DNA of 64,000 bases from an uncultured Candidatus Saccharibacteria bacterium. GTDB taxonomy: Bacteria; Patescibacteriota; Saccharimonadia; Saccharimonadales; Saccharimonadaceae. The stretch is from contig CAZCIN010000001.1 in NCBI GenBank assembly GCA_964499245.1, forward strand, positions 5,106 through 69,105. Direction: 5' to 3'. Position numbers and translations under genes: made by a program. The notes beneath the pieces were generated by a model that did no database searches, had not been told where the DNA came from, and was given only the letters and a program-made list of their open reading frames with translations. This document shows, piece after piece, positions 8,756 to 17,910 of this stretch. The stretch's first letter is position 1. The number at the start of each line of letters is the position of its first letter.

Positions 8756-10003
8756 TTACTTATGACGTCGCAGTTTATAATACAATCGGATGATGTTTGC
8801 CAGGCATGCAACAATGAACCCCCAAAGGACAACCGTTATAATGACCGCAGCTTTTTCCGATTTTTTTACCCTTACCGCAGCATGATCCTGATAGATGGTA
8901 GAGCTGACCATACCTTGCGCCCAGTTGACAAGCACGTTGTCGCCACAGGCGAGATCTTTATCAACAACCTCAGCGGTAAAGCGCACCCAACCAGAGGCGT
9001 TGGCCTTATAAGCACCGATATTGATGCCAGTGGTAAAGAGGTCGCCATCTGGAGTGATCTGCTTACCCTCCTTGTGGTTAGAGTTGTAAAGGTAAGTTGT
9101 GTTCGCGACATAAGCCATGTTGTTTGGCAAAACGTCACGGATAATTACATTCTCTTGAATGTCATTAACAGTATTGTTGTGGAATTCGATTTGGTATTCG
9201 ACCCTATCACCGACCTTAGCGTCGACAGATTCGGTGAATTCATCATGCGTACCGACCAAGCGGACTTTCTTATCTATTTCAAATTCATAGTCATAAACCA
9301 CTCTTACCTTTAAGGTAATATAGCAGGCATACTGGTATCCGCCTGGCATTATGCCGTCCATTTTATCATAACCAATTAAAACGCCTTCCGCTGTTGTTGT
9401 GATTTTATCACCCAGCTCAAGTCCGTCTGGATAAGCATTGTTGTATATAATTGCTGAACCATAAACATATTCCAAATGGAAATTGGTGTCGCTGTGAAAA
9501 TTGACGTAATCCCAATATTTATCCGGGGTTGCATTACTGGAAGTAATAAATCCATTTACTTTAACAGTGGTGCCGCTGTTGTCGGGGATGCTTACCTGAA
9601 CTCTGGTATCCTGGGATGCCGCACCAGACTCTTCATCCTGCTGAGGTACGCTGTTATTATGCACATAGAGCCGGATAAGATATTCCCTTCCATCCTCAAC
9701 ATCCATCACGTCATTTCCGTACCAGTTACTTTTCGTATTATTGGCGATAATATCGGCATTTTGCGCAGAAACAAAATTTGGCTCGTAAGGCTGTGCCCCT
9801 TCTGGGTCAACAATGGAATTAAGCGTAACTGTATCCCCTAATGCCCCTGAGTTTATTTCCTCGATTGTGTAATGTGTGCGGCCACCGCTACTGTCTCCCC
9901 ATGCTAGAGTTTTTATCGGGCTCAGCATGCACAAAAGAATCACTACAGCCAAGCCAACTGGAAAAAGTGAGACATTTGCTTTGGATAATCTGTTCCCCAT
10001 CAA
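8756..10003 (-). CDS. Secreted, membrane-anchored DUF11-type surface protein
   Basis: Signal peptide, KVGDRVEYQIEF...VIIRDVLPNNMAYVANTT conserved-repeat motif, C-terminal TM helix. Confidence 0.7.
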   Translation of the reverse strand: MMGNRLSKANVSLFPVGLAVVILLCMLSPIKTLAWGDSSGGRTHYTIEEINSGALGDTVTLNSIVDPEGAQPYEPNFVSAQNADIIANNTKSNWYGNDVMDVEDGREYLIRLYVHNNSVPQQDEESGAASQDTRVQVSIPDNSGTTVKVNGFITSSNATPDKYWDYVNFHSDTNFHLEYVYGSAIIYNNAYPDGLELGDKITTTAEGVLIGYDKMDGIMPGGYQYACYITLKVRVVYDYEFEIDKKVRLVGTHDEFTESVDAKVGDRVEYQIEFHNNTVNDIQENVIIRDVLPNNMAYVANTTYLYNSNHKEGKQITPDGDLFTTGINIGAYKANASGWVRFTAEVVDKDLACGDNVLVNWAQGMVSSTIYQDHAAVRVKKSEKAAVIITVVLWGFIVACLANIIRLYYKLRRHK

Positions 10004-10992
10004 TTGTCACCTCCGTTGTCAATATCCGTTCCCGTACCAATATGGCCGATGTTGTAATGCTCGACTGGTTCTGGATTTTTGACTGTGACGTTCACATAGG
10101 CAGGGTCAATTCTTCCCGTTTGGACAATTATAGTGGATAAATGCTCATCTTCGTCCTGTATATCCTCCACAGCGTTGACTAGCAGATGTTCTGTCCATGC
10201 AATTTCTGGATTCTCAGTGACAGTGCTGAGCCTGTTTTTATTTGCCTCATCAGGATAGACATCCACGTCAATGAACTCCTGACCACCTGGGACAAGACAA
10301 ATATCTGGATTCATGACCGAAAAACTTATGATTTCCGGGCTGCCATCTTCATCAGGTTCTTCCTTTTTCGGAGGATTAGGTACAAAATCACTAAGATAAA
10401 TGTGCAATATAATCGCTAAGAAAATAAGTATTGCCACAATATTTCCGCTCAGCCATTTCAGGAATTTTCTTTTATCCCATTCTTTTTTTGGCGGCTTTGA
10501 CGGTACTGGTTTGGCACCGTCCAACTCTGCAAACACTTCATCTGCGAGTAACTTCAACTCGTAGCGGTCATTTTTCTGAATTTCATTGAGTAGCTCCTTG
10601 ACAACTCCCACTATTGCCTTATCTTCCTTGTTCCGTACAGTTTTGGTAGTGACTCCCATTTCATCTGCAATTTTTTTATATCTTGACCCTACGCCTAACT
10701 CACAGTATTTCTCAGAAAAACCGTTGATACCTAAAAGCAACTCTCGATCATCATCGTCTGTATACACCTTTAATACCCTTTTAGCATATGGTTGCCTAAA
10801 AGCCTTCCATTCTTCCTCCCTATGCTCTTTCCTGTGTTCCTTGATGTATTCATCTCCCACAAGTATTTGAACAAATTTAGATATATTGTAATCTGTCTCC
10901 CTATTGGTGCCGTCATGCTTTATTTCATACATGCACCTCGTTATCTGAACCTCTAAGTCCCCATAATTAGCTGTTTCCTTATTTCCAGACAC
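10000..10992 (-). CDS. Hypothetical bitopic protein: cytoplasmic HTH, TM helix, Ig-like C-terminus
   Basis: YKKIADEMGVTTKTVRN HTH-like segment, TM at IVAILIFLAIILHIYL, beta-rich C-terminus. Confidence 0.55.
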   Translation of the reverse strand: MSGNKETANYGDLEVQITRCMYEIKHDGTNRETDYNISKFVQILVGDEYIKEHRKEHREEEWKAFRQPYAKRVLKVYTDDDDRELLLGINGFSEKYCELGVGSRYKKIADEMGVTTKTVRNKEDKAIVGVVKELLNEIQKNDRYELKLLADEVFAELDGAKPVPSKPPKKEWDKRKFLKWLSGNIVAILIFLAIILHIYLSDFVPNPPKKEEPDEDGSPEIISFSVMNPDICLVPGGQEFIDVDVYPDEANKNRLSTVTENPEIAWTEHLLVNAVEDIQDEDEHLSTIIVQTGRIDPAYVNVTVKNPEPVEHYNIGHIGTGTDIDNGGDN

Positions 10993-11097
10993 GCAGACAC
11001 CCCTCCTTGCCTAAAAGATGTATAAATTATAACATTTTTTTCGCCTTTTGAAAATGCGCAAGAAAAATGGCTGCAGTATACACCGCAGCCACTTGGC

Positions 11098-11694
11098 TTA
11101 GATACATTCATATTCTGTGATGTCCGCAAGGATGCTCCATTTGTTAAGTATGTTGTTGTACTTCTTTGGGTCTTTAATTCGGAGATCGATGCTCCGCGCT
11201 CGGTATCCCACATCTTCATAAATGTAGGATGTCTGATTGCCATGCAGCCCAATCGTGTATTCAGGTCGTACCCCAGAAGACAATTCCGGACCCTTGACCT
11301 CAAGACGTAGATCTGCGGCATCATAAATCCCCAGAAAACCGTACATATTCGTCTCCACATGAAAAAAATCGAACAATATCGCTGTAGGCGAAACTTCGAT
11401 TTCCGTAATTTCCCACCCAGGGACGTGGCCCCTCAGAATTGATTTGTAGTTGCCCACAAAATGGTCCAGCTGTTCTGGGTCAAGTGTAGTATCGCGGAAC
11501 ATGTCGGAATCGATGTAGGGAAATACATACTTCTCCCATTGTTCATCCGTTTCAATCCTCATGTGGCCAGAATAAAATTCCACTTCCAAAGCCTGGCAAT
11601 GGCGAGGGGAAAATTCATGCATGCGATGGAAATCCTTGCCAACAATTTTGTATCCCGATGTGTCATAATCCCTTACATAAGATTCTACTCTCAT
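11098..11694 (-). CDS. Hypothetical protein
   Basis: AGGAGG RBS before MRVESY; own sigma70 promoter upstream. Confidence 0.6.
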   Translation of the reverse strand: MRVESYVRDYDTSGYKIVGKDFHRMHEFSPRHCQALEVEFYSGHMRIETDEQWEKYVFPYIDSDMFRDTTLDPEQLDHFVGNYKSILRGHVPGWEITEIEVSPTAILFDFFHVETNMYGFLGIYDAADLRLEVKGPELSSGVRPEYTIGLHGNQTSYIYEDVGYRARSIDLRIKDPKKYNNILNKWSILADITEYECI

Positions 11695-11868
11695 ATTCTT
11701 CCTCCTATTTTTTGCAAATTTGCACAATAATCGCATCATCGCCCATCCTGCGAGAGGAGAAGCGAGTTCTGCGATTATCGGGAGGGAAACGGGTAGATTA
11801 GATATGTATTAGACATACAGAATATTTTAGTATCTTAATATGCTTATAAGTTAGCTTTATCTAACTTA

Positions 11869-11904
11869 TGCTTTCATTGTAGCACACATGTTCGATTTTG
11901 TCAA
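11869..11904 (-). promoter_or_regulatory. Sigma70 promoter TTGACA-N17-TACAAT
   Basis: Read directly; same extended motif recurs at 18974, 26496 and 35372. Confidence 0.75.
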
Positions 11905-12366
11905 TACTTTTTATGTTTTTTCGTTTAATTTGGCAACCCTTATACAATAATGTGTGAAAGAATTATGCGTTTTTCTTCTCAGCGGTTTCAACTTTGTTTC
12001 ACGTTCATTTCAACTTGTTTTCACAATACAGACAGTTTCTAATCTCTCCCCTAAAATGTATTTAAGCAAGGCAAACCCCTACATCAAACCACAGAAAGCG
12101 GGGTGAAAATCTTCATTGGCGGTCGGGGGAGTTGACTGCTAAGACACTAGAAACCATTAACAAATTCATATCAGGCCACATGTGCGCAGTGAGGCGGGAT
12201 ACGACATACCACATCCTTATGACCGTGATAAAGGCGGTTGTTGGGAGTGGGGGTGTAAGTACCCTTGTTTCCTGCGCATCTTTTTTGCCGTACCTGGGTA
12301 CTGCGGGTTAATCCGATTCTTGGCATCCTGCCGTCACTGCCTCTCTGGCTGGAAAGAGAGGCAAAA

Positions 12367-12837
12367 ATGTCTGATTACAATGATTACATGGAACTCAAAA
12401 AATACTATTTCGAATATCTGTCGATGGACATCATGACCCTAGAAATCAAACAACTATACTGGCGCAGCCTCAAAGGTTCAGAAAGAAGCTCCCGCTGCAG
12501 GCTGGAGAACGGCACCCGCTGCATGGCAAACTGCCGCAACTGCCCAAGACAACGAGAGGGCAATCCGCTTTCCCTTGATGCCTTGTCGGAAACAGGCATA
12601 GAGGCCGCCGATGTGTTCTCTTTGGAAGACCATATCATGGAACTGGAACTATCAGAGGCTCTCGCTGATGCCATCAACGCCCTGAGCGAGCAGAATCGAA
12701 TCATTATCCTCCTGTTCAGCGAAGGTGCCACAGAACGGGCTATCGCAGCAAAGGTCGGCATGAGCCAGAAAGGGGTCAACAACCGAATACACAAAATTAT
12801 TAATATATTGCGAGAAAGCCTCAAGGGCTTCTTCTAA
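12367..12837 (+). CDS. Sigma70 region-4 domain protein of the type found on clostridial mobile elements
   Basis: LSEQNRIIILLFSEGATERAIAAKVGMSQKGVNNRIHKI region-4 HTH; start moved to MSDYND. Confidence 0.75.
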   Translation: MSDYNDYMELKKYYFEYLSMDIMTLEIKQLYWRSLKGSERSSRCRLENGTRCMANCRNCPRQREGNPLSLDALSETGIEAADVFSLEDHIMELELSEALADAINALSEQNRIIILLFSEGATERAIAAKVGMSQKGVNNRIHKIINILRESLKGFF

Positions 12838-12842
12838 GGTTA

Positions 12843-12869
12843 GTGCCGCCAGCCAAATACTGGCGGCAC
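12843..12869. terminator. Hairpin between convergent genes
   Basis: GTGCCGCCAG / CTGGCGGCAC 10-bp stem. Confidence 0.6.
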
Positions 12870-12876
12870 CGCTTCG

Positions 12877-13461
12877 TTAATCTGTCTTTTCCATCTTCAT
12901 ATGCTCTCTCAGATAACTTTCCTGACAGCCAAGGATTACCAGTGGGTCGATTTTTTCTACCAAATAACTTTTCTGCATTAGCTCCAGCCCATATATGATA
13001 AGCCCTATATTATGGTCTGCCGATGCACTGAGAAGTCTAATAGCTTCTCCATACAGGCATTCATCACAATCAAATCTGGATAGATCCTCCTCGATCAGAT
13101 AGAGCAGCCATTGGAGTGCTTCGGCTATAAAAAAATTAACATCTTGGGTAAGCTCCTCATTTTTCTTTGCCAAAACTCCCATCGCATCATTAAAAATATC
13201 CGACTCTACAGCATAATAAATGCCTAATCCGATATAGAGCAAATCTGACAGGTCTGTATCTTCCGGAATATCCAGCCTGTCGCACCCCAATAGTTCAAGG
13301 GTGCGTAACCCGTAGATTACTGTTGTGAACGCATAGTGAAGTTTATACTCTTTCACTAAATAATCAGCCACACCATATTTATCCTCACCGTGCGGATATG
13401 GTGTCAGCAGCGGAGTCGCTATCTGCCCCTGTTCATCAATAATTCTTATCATCTCTACCAT
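12877..13461 (-). CDS. Hypothetical protein
   Basis: 194-aa ORF with AGGAGG RBS. Confidence 0.6.
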   Translation of the reverse strand: MVEMIRIIDEQGQIATPLLTPYPHGEDKYGVADYLVKEYKLHYAFTTVIYGLRTLELLGCDRLDIPEDTDLSDLLYIGLGIYYAVESDIFNDAMGVLAKKNEELTQDVNFFIAEALQWLLYLIEEDLSRFDCDECLYGEAIRLLSASADHNIGLIIYGLELMQKSYLVEKIDPLVILGCQESYLREHMKMEKTD

Positions 13462-13573
13462 CCCTATATGCCTCCTTCTGGTTTATAGAGCCGCCGGGCA
13501 GCCATTATTGCCCCGTCTCTCTATAGTGCAGAGGACAATTATTGGGTGTTTGAGAACTGGAAAGAACAGAAAC

Positions 13574-14146
13574 CTAGAACAGCCGCATCTCCAGATATGC
13601 TTTGTCCAGATCATCCTGCGCCACACCGAGGTAGCGTTTCGTGACCTCATAGCTACTATGGTTATAAATTTCCGTAATGATTATGGGTGACACGTTTCCG
13701 CTTGTCCACGCATGGTATCCCCATGTCTTTCTGAGACTATGACAGCCAAGGTTGCCATCCAAGCCTAATTCTGTAGCTGCGTCCTGTATAATCCGCCAAG
13801 CCTGCACCCGGCTGATTGGACGCGCATTTTTACGGTTGTTTACAAAAACAAAATCGCTGTGGCTGTGTGGGTAGTACAGCCGCAGCGCATCAATGGCCTG
13901 TTCGTTTAGGGCAATCAATTTTGCTTTGCCGGTTTTTTGTTCTGTAATTTTGACGTGTACCTTGAAGCGATCCCGCTCCACGTCATAAATCTCTGACCAG
14001 CAGATTCCTAATAAGTCGCTGATTCGTAATGCCGTACAGGTACCAAGCACCACCAGCGTATAGTTCCTTAATTCCCCTTTCTCCAAAAAATAATCCGCTA
14101 AAGCATGAAGCTGGGACTGGTCTCGGATTGGTTCAGTTGTTGCCAT
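13574..14146 (-). CDS. Small tyrosine recombinase (catalytic domain only)
   Basis: LRISDL, HSLRKTWGYH, TKRYLG supply the R-H-R-Y catalytic set; no arm-binding domain. Confidence 0.9.
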   Translation of the reverse strand: MATTEPIRDQSQLHALADYFLEKGELRNYTLVVLGTCTALRISDLLGICWSEIYDVERDRFKVHVKITEQKTGKAKLIALNEQAIDALRLYYPHSHSDFVFVNNRKNARPISRVQAWRIIQDAATELGLDGNLGCHSLRKTWGYHAWTSGNVSPIIITEIYNHSSYEVTKRYLGVAQDDLDKAYLEMRLF

Positions 14147-14471
14147 AATACATTCCCTCCTAATCTGTTTTTGCAATAAGTATAAAGCTCACAGATTAGG
14201 ATGTAACAAACTTTGAAAATTATTACCTCTTTTGGCAGATATTTTATGGTTAACAAGGGTAATGTGTGGTAAAACGTTCCTCAAAAGTGGACGAACCACT
14301 AAAATATGTTTGGACAATACCGGAAAAGAGCCATAAAATGCCCCTTATGTGCCTTGAACGCAGGGGTAAAATATGCTAAAATAAGACAGACTTCAAAAAA
14401 TGTTACATCCGACCCGCCAGGGCGGTTTTTTGACGAGCAAAACAAATATAACAGAGAGGAAAAAGTGAAGA

Positions 14472-15410
14472 ATGAAAAGACAATTTATGGTAATTTTGTT
14501 GGCCGGTGGGCTGACGCTTGGACTGTGCGGATGCGGAGGGGGCAGTAGTGCAAGTGCAATGTCGGCGCCGCCGGAGGAAACGGTAGAGCCGAGCGTGGAG
14601 GATGAAGCAGCCGTCGCGGAGAGCGAAGTGAAGTCTGAAGAAGCTGATGCGGAAAGCTATTCTGTTGATGAGGAACAGCCGGATCAGGCATCAAGTGACG
14701 CAGAACCCATTACTCAACCGGAAGAAAGTCTGGAAAACGAAAATGCCGAGAGCAACGCCGATATGTTGTCGCTGCTGAGTACTCACGTAATTGAGTATGA
14801 AGACCAGGGCGGCTATCAAATCCGCGAGACATGTCAGCTGAACCCGATTTTCCGGGAAGATGACAGTGAGGATATGTATGCGTTATGGGAAGCACTCGGT
14901 AATGATGTTGCGGATTTTCCGAACGAGGAGTCGTTGTATGGCGCGAGCCACTCTATGGAATATGCCCGTGACGCCGACAGCTGTAGCAGTATGGAGTACA
15001 TTATCGGAACCTACAAAATAGAGAATTTAACGGATGGTTTCCCGATTACTCCCGACAATCTTCGTACTTACGTCAGGGCACTCCATGCCGAGCAAGTTAC
15101 CGCCGGCGATAATGAACATGACGCAAACGCGGCCAATTCCTTTAATCTCCGTTCTGTGTCTGCGGTCATAAATGCCGACGGTATCGTTTGCTACGGAGAG
15201 CAAGACGCGGTGGTAATTGGCAACCTAAAGATGACTTCCGATACTTGGGGACCAGTATGCTTTGTCATTGCCCTACCGAATGGGGCTACACCTAACCGGC
15301 CTAATGGGTACTGTTATGATAAGATCAGCGTAGAATTTGGCAACAAAGCCTACGCCGACTCCGGTTATGACGTGTTTGAATTAAATTATTTTGGAGAAGG
15401 AGGTGATTGA
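14472..15410 (+). CDS. Acidic lipoprotein, paralog A
   Basis: Lipobox LCGC; similar to 16019-17038. Confidence 0.75.
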   Translation: MKRQFMVILLAGGLTLGLCGCGGGSSASAMSAPPEETVEPSVEDEAAVAESEVKSEEADAESYSVDEEQPDQASSDAEPITQPEESLENENAESNADMLSLLSTHVIEYEDQGGYQIRETCQLNPIFREDDSEDMYALWEALGNDVADFPNEESLYGASHSMEYARDADSCSSMEYIIGTYKIENLTDGFPITPDNLRTYVRALHAEQVTAGDNEHDANAANSFNLRSVSAVINADGIVCYGEQDAVVIGNLKMTSDTWGPVCFVIALPNGATPNRPNGYCYDKISVEFGNKAYADSGYDVFELNYFGEGGD

Positions 15411-15411
15411 T

Positions 15412-15780
15412 ATGGTATCAACATATACTATGTCAGTGGACGATGAACTTTTTTGGATCTGGAGACTGAAGCGAGGAAAGGCAGAACCTCCTGAACCGGC
15501 GTATGTACCGGTTGAAGAAAAATATGATAGAAATGCCCTGAAAAACATTCTTCGTGAATGGTATGGCCGGCACAGCTGTCCGGCTTGTGGTAAATCATTT
15601 TTCTTTATTCATTCGGCATTCAACTGTCATCCGAAAGCATCAGCTTATAAGGTTTGGGAGGAATTTGCACACAAAGGTCCGGCAGGTGCTACGTCATTAT
15701 CGGATTTGGTTAGGGCTGACGTCTGCAACCCTTACTCCGGTGGCGGTTATTACGGTGGCGGCGGGCCTTATGGCTTTTAA
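15412..15780 (+). CDS. Hypothetical protein with CxxC
   Basis: GGAGG RBS, CPACG motif. Confidence 0.5.
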   Translation: MVSTYTMSVDDELFWIWRLKRGKAEPPEPAYVPVEEKYDRNALKNILREWYGRHSCPACGKSFFFIHSAFNCHPKASAYKVWEEFAHKGPAGATSLSDLVRADVCNPYSGGGYYGGGGPYGF

Positions 15781-16018
15781 GCTGCCTTCTGCCCAATCGT
15801 GGGGGTGGCGCTTAGGCGCTGAATCAGGCTAAATACCTCGAAGTAGAAATCAGGAGTCGTATCACTATCACGGCCCAGCGCAAACTCGCGCTTTTTACTC
15901 TTTGCTTTTGAGCCCCAACGGAATTACAGTTATTTCCGTCGCCCCCTTCAAAATGATATCCTTGGTTGACAAGGGCTATTTTTATTGATAAGTCAAACAA
16001 TGGGAGGAAAAGTGAAAG

Positions 16019-17038
16019 ATGAAAAGACGATTTATGGCAATCTTGTTGGCTGGTGGGCTGATGCTCGGACTGTGTGGGTGCGAGGATAGTGTATCTATCG
16101 ATGCAGACGAGTATATGGAACAGCTAAGACAGGAAGAAGCATCAAGGCAGGAGCCCATGAGTGAGATATCGCCCGAGGGACTCGACATGGAAGATTATTC
16201 TATCGATAAACTGGTAGAGATGTGGTCTTCAGGAGTTCTCACTGAGGAAGATCTCGGACGCAAGGTTGCAACCGGAGAAATAAGTTACGAAACTTACGAG
16301 GAGTTCTTAAGCTATATAGGGGACGACAATCAGGAATTTGACATTGCCCGGCCAGAAGAAACCTTGGAAGGCAATAATCCTGCAGGCGACATCGACACAT
16401 CAGGACTCTTGACTGCACACATGGTGGAATACGAGGATCAAGACGGTTACACGATCCGTGAGACTTGTCAGTTGAGTCCGATTTTCACAGAAGATGATGC
16501 GGAAACTATGTATGCATTGTGGGAAGCGCTGGGCCAGGATGCAACATCTTTCCCGAGTGAGGAATCGCTGTATAATGCAAGCTACTTATTGAGGGATGCC
16601 CGTGATACATGCAACTGTAACAAACTGGAATATATTATTGGGACTTATACGATAGAAAATTTAACGGAAGGATTCCCGATTACGCCCGATAGCCCTCGCA
16701 CTTATGCTGGGCAACTTGCGACCAAACATGTTTCTGCTACAGATCGAGAGCATGATGCAACTGCTGCCGACTTCTTCAACGTGCGTTCCGTGGTGACAGT
16801 TGTGCAGTCTAGTGATACGGTTTGTTATGCCGAACAAGATGCGGTAATATTTGGTAAAGCAACAATGGATTCAAATACTTGGGGTCCGTATACCTTTGTC
16901 ATTGCTCTACCGAACGGGATTACGCCCAACCGACCCGATGGATATCGTTATGACAAAATTCCGGTAATACTTAGTGCGCATGTTTACTTCTATTCAGATT
17001 ATGACGCATTTGGATTGACATACTTTGAAGATTATTAA
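16019..17038 (+). CDS. Acidic lipoprotein, paralog B
   Basis: Lipobox LCGC; shares IRETCQL, EYIIGTY, FPITPD and IALPNGxTPNRP blocks with paralog A. Confidence 0.75.
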   Translation: MKRRFMAILLAGGLMLGLCGCEDSVSIDADEYMEQLRQEEASRQEPMSEISPEGLDMEDYSIDKLVEMWSSGVLTEEDLGRKVATGEISYETYEEFLSYIGDDNQEFDIARPEETLEGNNPAGDIDTSGLLTAHMVEYEDQDGYTIRETCQLSPIFTEDDAETMYALWEALGQDATSFPSEESLYNASYLLRDARDTCNCNKLEYIIGTYTIENLTEGFPITPDSPRTYAGQLATKHVSATDREHDATAADFFNVRSVVTVVQSSDTVCYAEQDAVIFGKATMDSNTWGPYTFVIALPNGITPNRPDGYRYDKIPVILSAHVYFYSDYDAFGLTYFEDY

Positions 17039-17225
17039 AAGGAAAATCCCCGCCCATTTGGACGGGAATTTTTATGTCCTTTATGCTTGTACTCGATGCT
17101 TTATAAATATTTTCTAGCCGTTGCATAAAAGAAGTAAATCAAGTAAAATAAGGTGAAACAAGTAGAATAACGTAAAACAAGTAAAATGCCACATCGGGGG
17201 TTCGGACTGACGTGGTAACACAGGA

Positions 17226-17261
17226 AGCAAAGACTCTATACCAAAGTATAGAGTCTTTGCT
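17226..17261 (+). terminator. Perfect 16-bp hairpin followed by a T-run
   Basis: AGCAAAGACTCTATAC-CAAA-GTATAGAGTCTTTGCT. Confidence 0.7.
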
Positions 17262-17404
17262 TTTCTGTAAGTGAGAACCGAAGCGCGCTAGCGCTAGGTT
17301 CGTTATCCGCCCGGTCGCGTAGCGACGACGGCGCGGATTTCTTTCCTGTCGCTTCCATTTCCCTATTATTTACATTATAATATGAGTAATTTGGAGTTTT
17401 ATTT

Positions 17405-17842
17405 ATGAAATTCTATGGTGAAGAATATGCGGAATTACCAAGATTAAAAGACGGCGATAGCCGTGTCCGGACTTTGGGAGATCTGTACGAGATCTTACGA
17501 AAATGTTGGAGCAGGGAGACAGCATATCCCAGCTGCCAGGCGGATTGGGTACCAGCTGACCCGACTTATGGACAGTGCGCAGTGACCGCGATGCTGGTTT
17601 ATGACTTGTTCGGCGGAACAATTCATAGAATTCGGGTTGAGGGTGGCGGAACGCATTATTTCAATAAAATTGATGGGCATTATATTGATTTGACTAGAGA
17701 ACAATTCGATTTGTACAATATTCCAGTTTTTTACGAACCAAATGAAGTGATGGATCGTCAATATTGTGGTAAAAATCTGGATACGAATCGACGTTATCAG
17801 CTGTTGGTTCAGCGAGTGACGGAATATTTGAAAGCCAACTAG
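17405..17842 (+). CDS. YunG-like protein
   Basis: CWSRETAY...GQCAVTAMLV...HYFN motif pattern. Confidence 0.65.
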   Translation: MKFYGEEYAELPRLKDGDSRVRTLGDLYEILRKCWSRETAYPSCQADWVPADPTYGQCAVTAMLVYDLFGGTIHRIRVEGGGTHYFNKIDGHYIDLTREQFDLYNIPVFYEPNEVMDRQYCGKNLDTNRRYQLLVQRVTEYLKAN

Positions 17843-17910
17843 GAAAAATGCAAAAAGAGCGACACGTGGCCGCTCTTTTGACAAAACTTTCTCCGCGGTC
17901 GGATTCACAG

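Larger units (their letters stand above)
1..17215. mobile_element. Right part of a Clostridia-type integrative mobilisable element or composite island; left end outside the window, right end approximate
   Basis: Serine recombinase, relaxase-like protein, coupling protein, methyltransferases and tyrosine recombinase clustered; strong AGGAGG Shine-Dalgarno starts; lacks the G-rich plus-strand skew of the DNA to its right. Confidence 0.75.

Noticed and set aside
15781-15960. Possible ncRNA or IS remnant between the lipoprotein genes
   Set aside because: Only short hairpins, a chance GGCTAAATAC match to 23S rRNA and a brief open frame; nothing diagnostic.
17105-17190. A-rich direct repeats as a mini-CRISPR or iteron set
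   Set aside because: Short, degenerate and nearly adjacent; kept only as part of the junction description.
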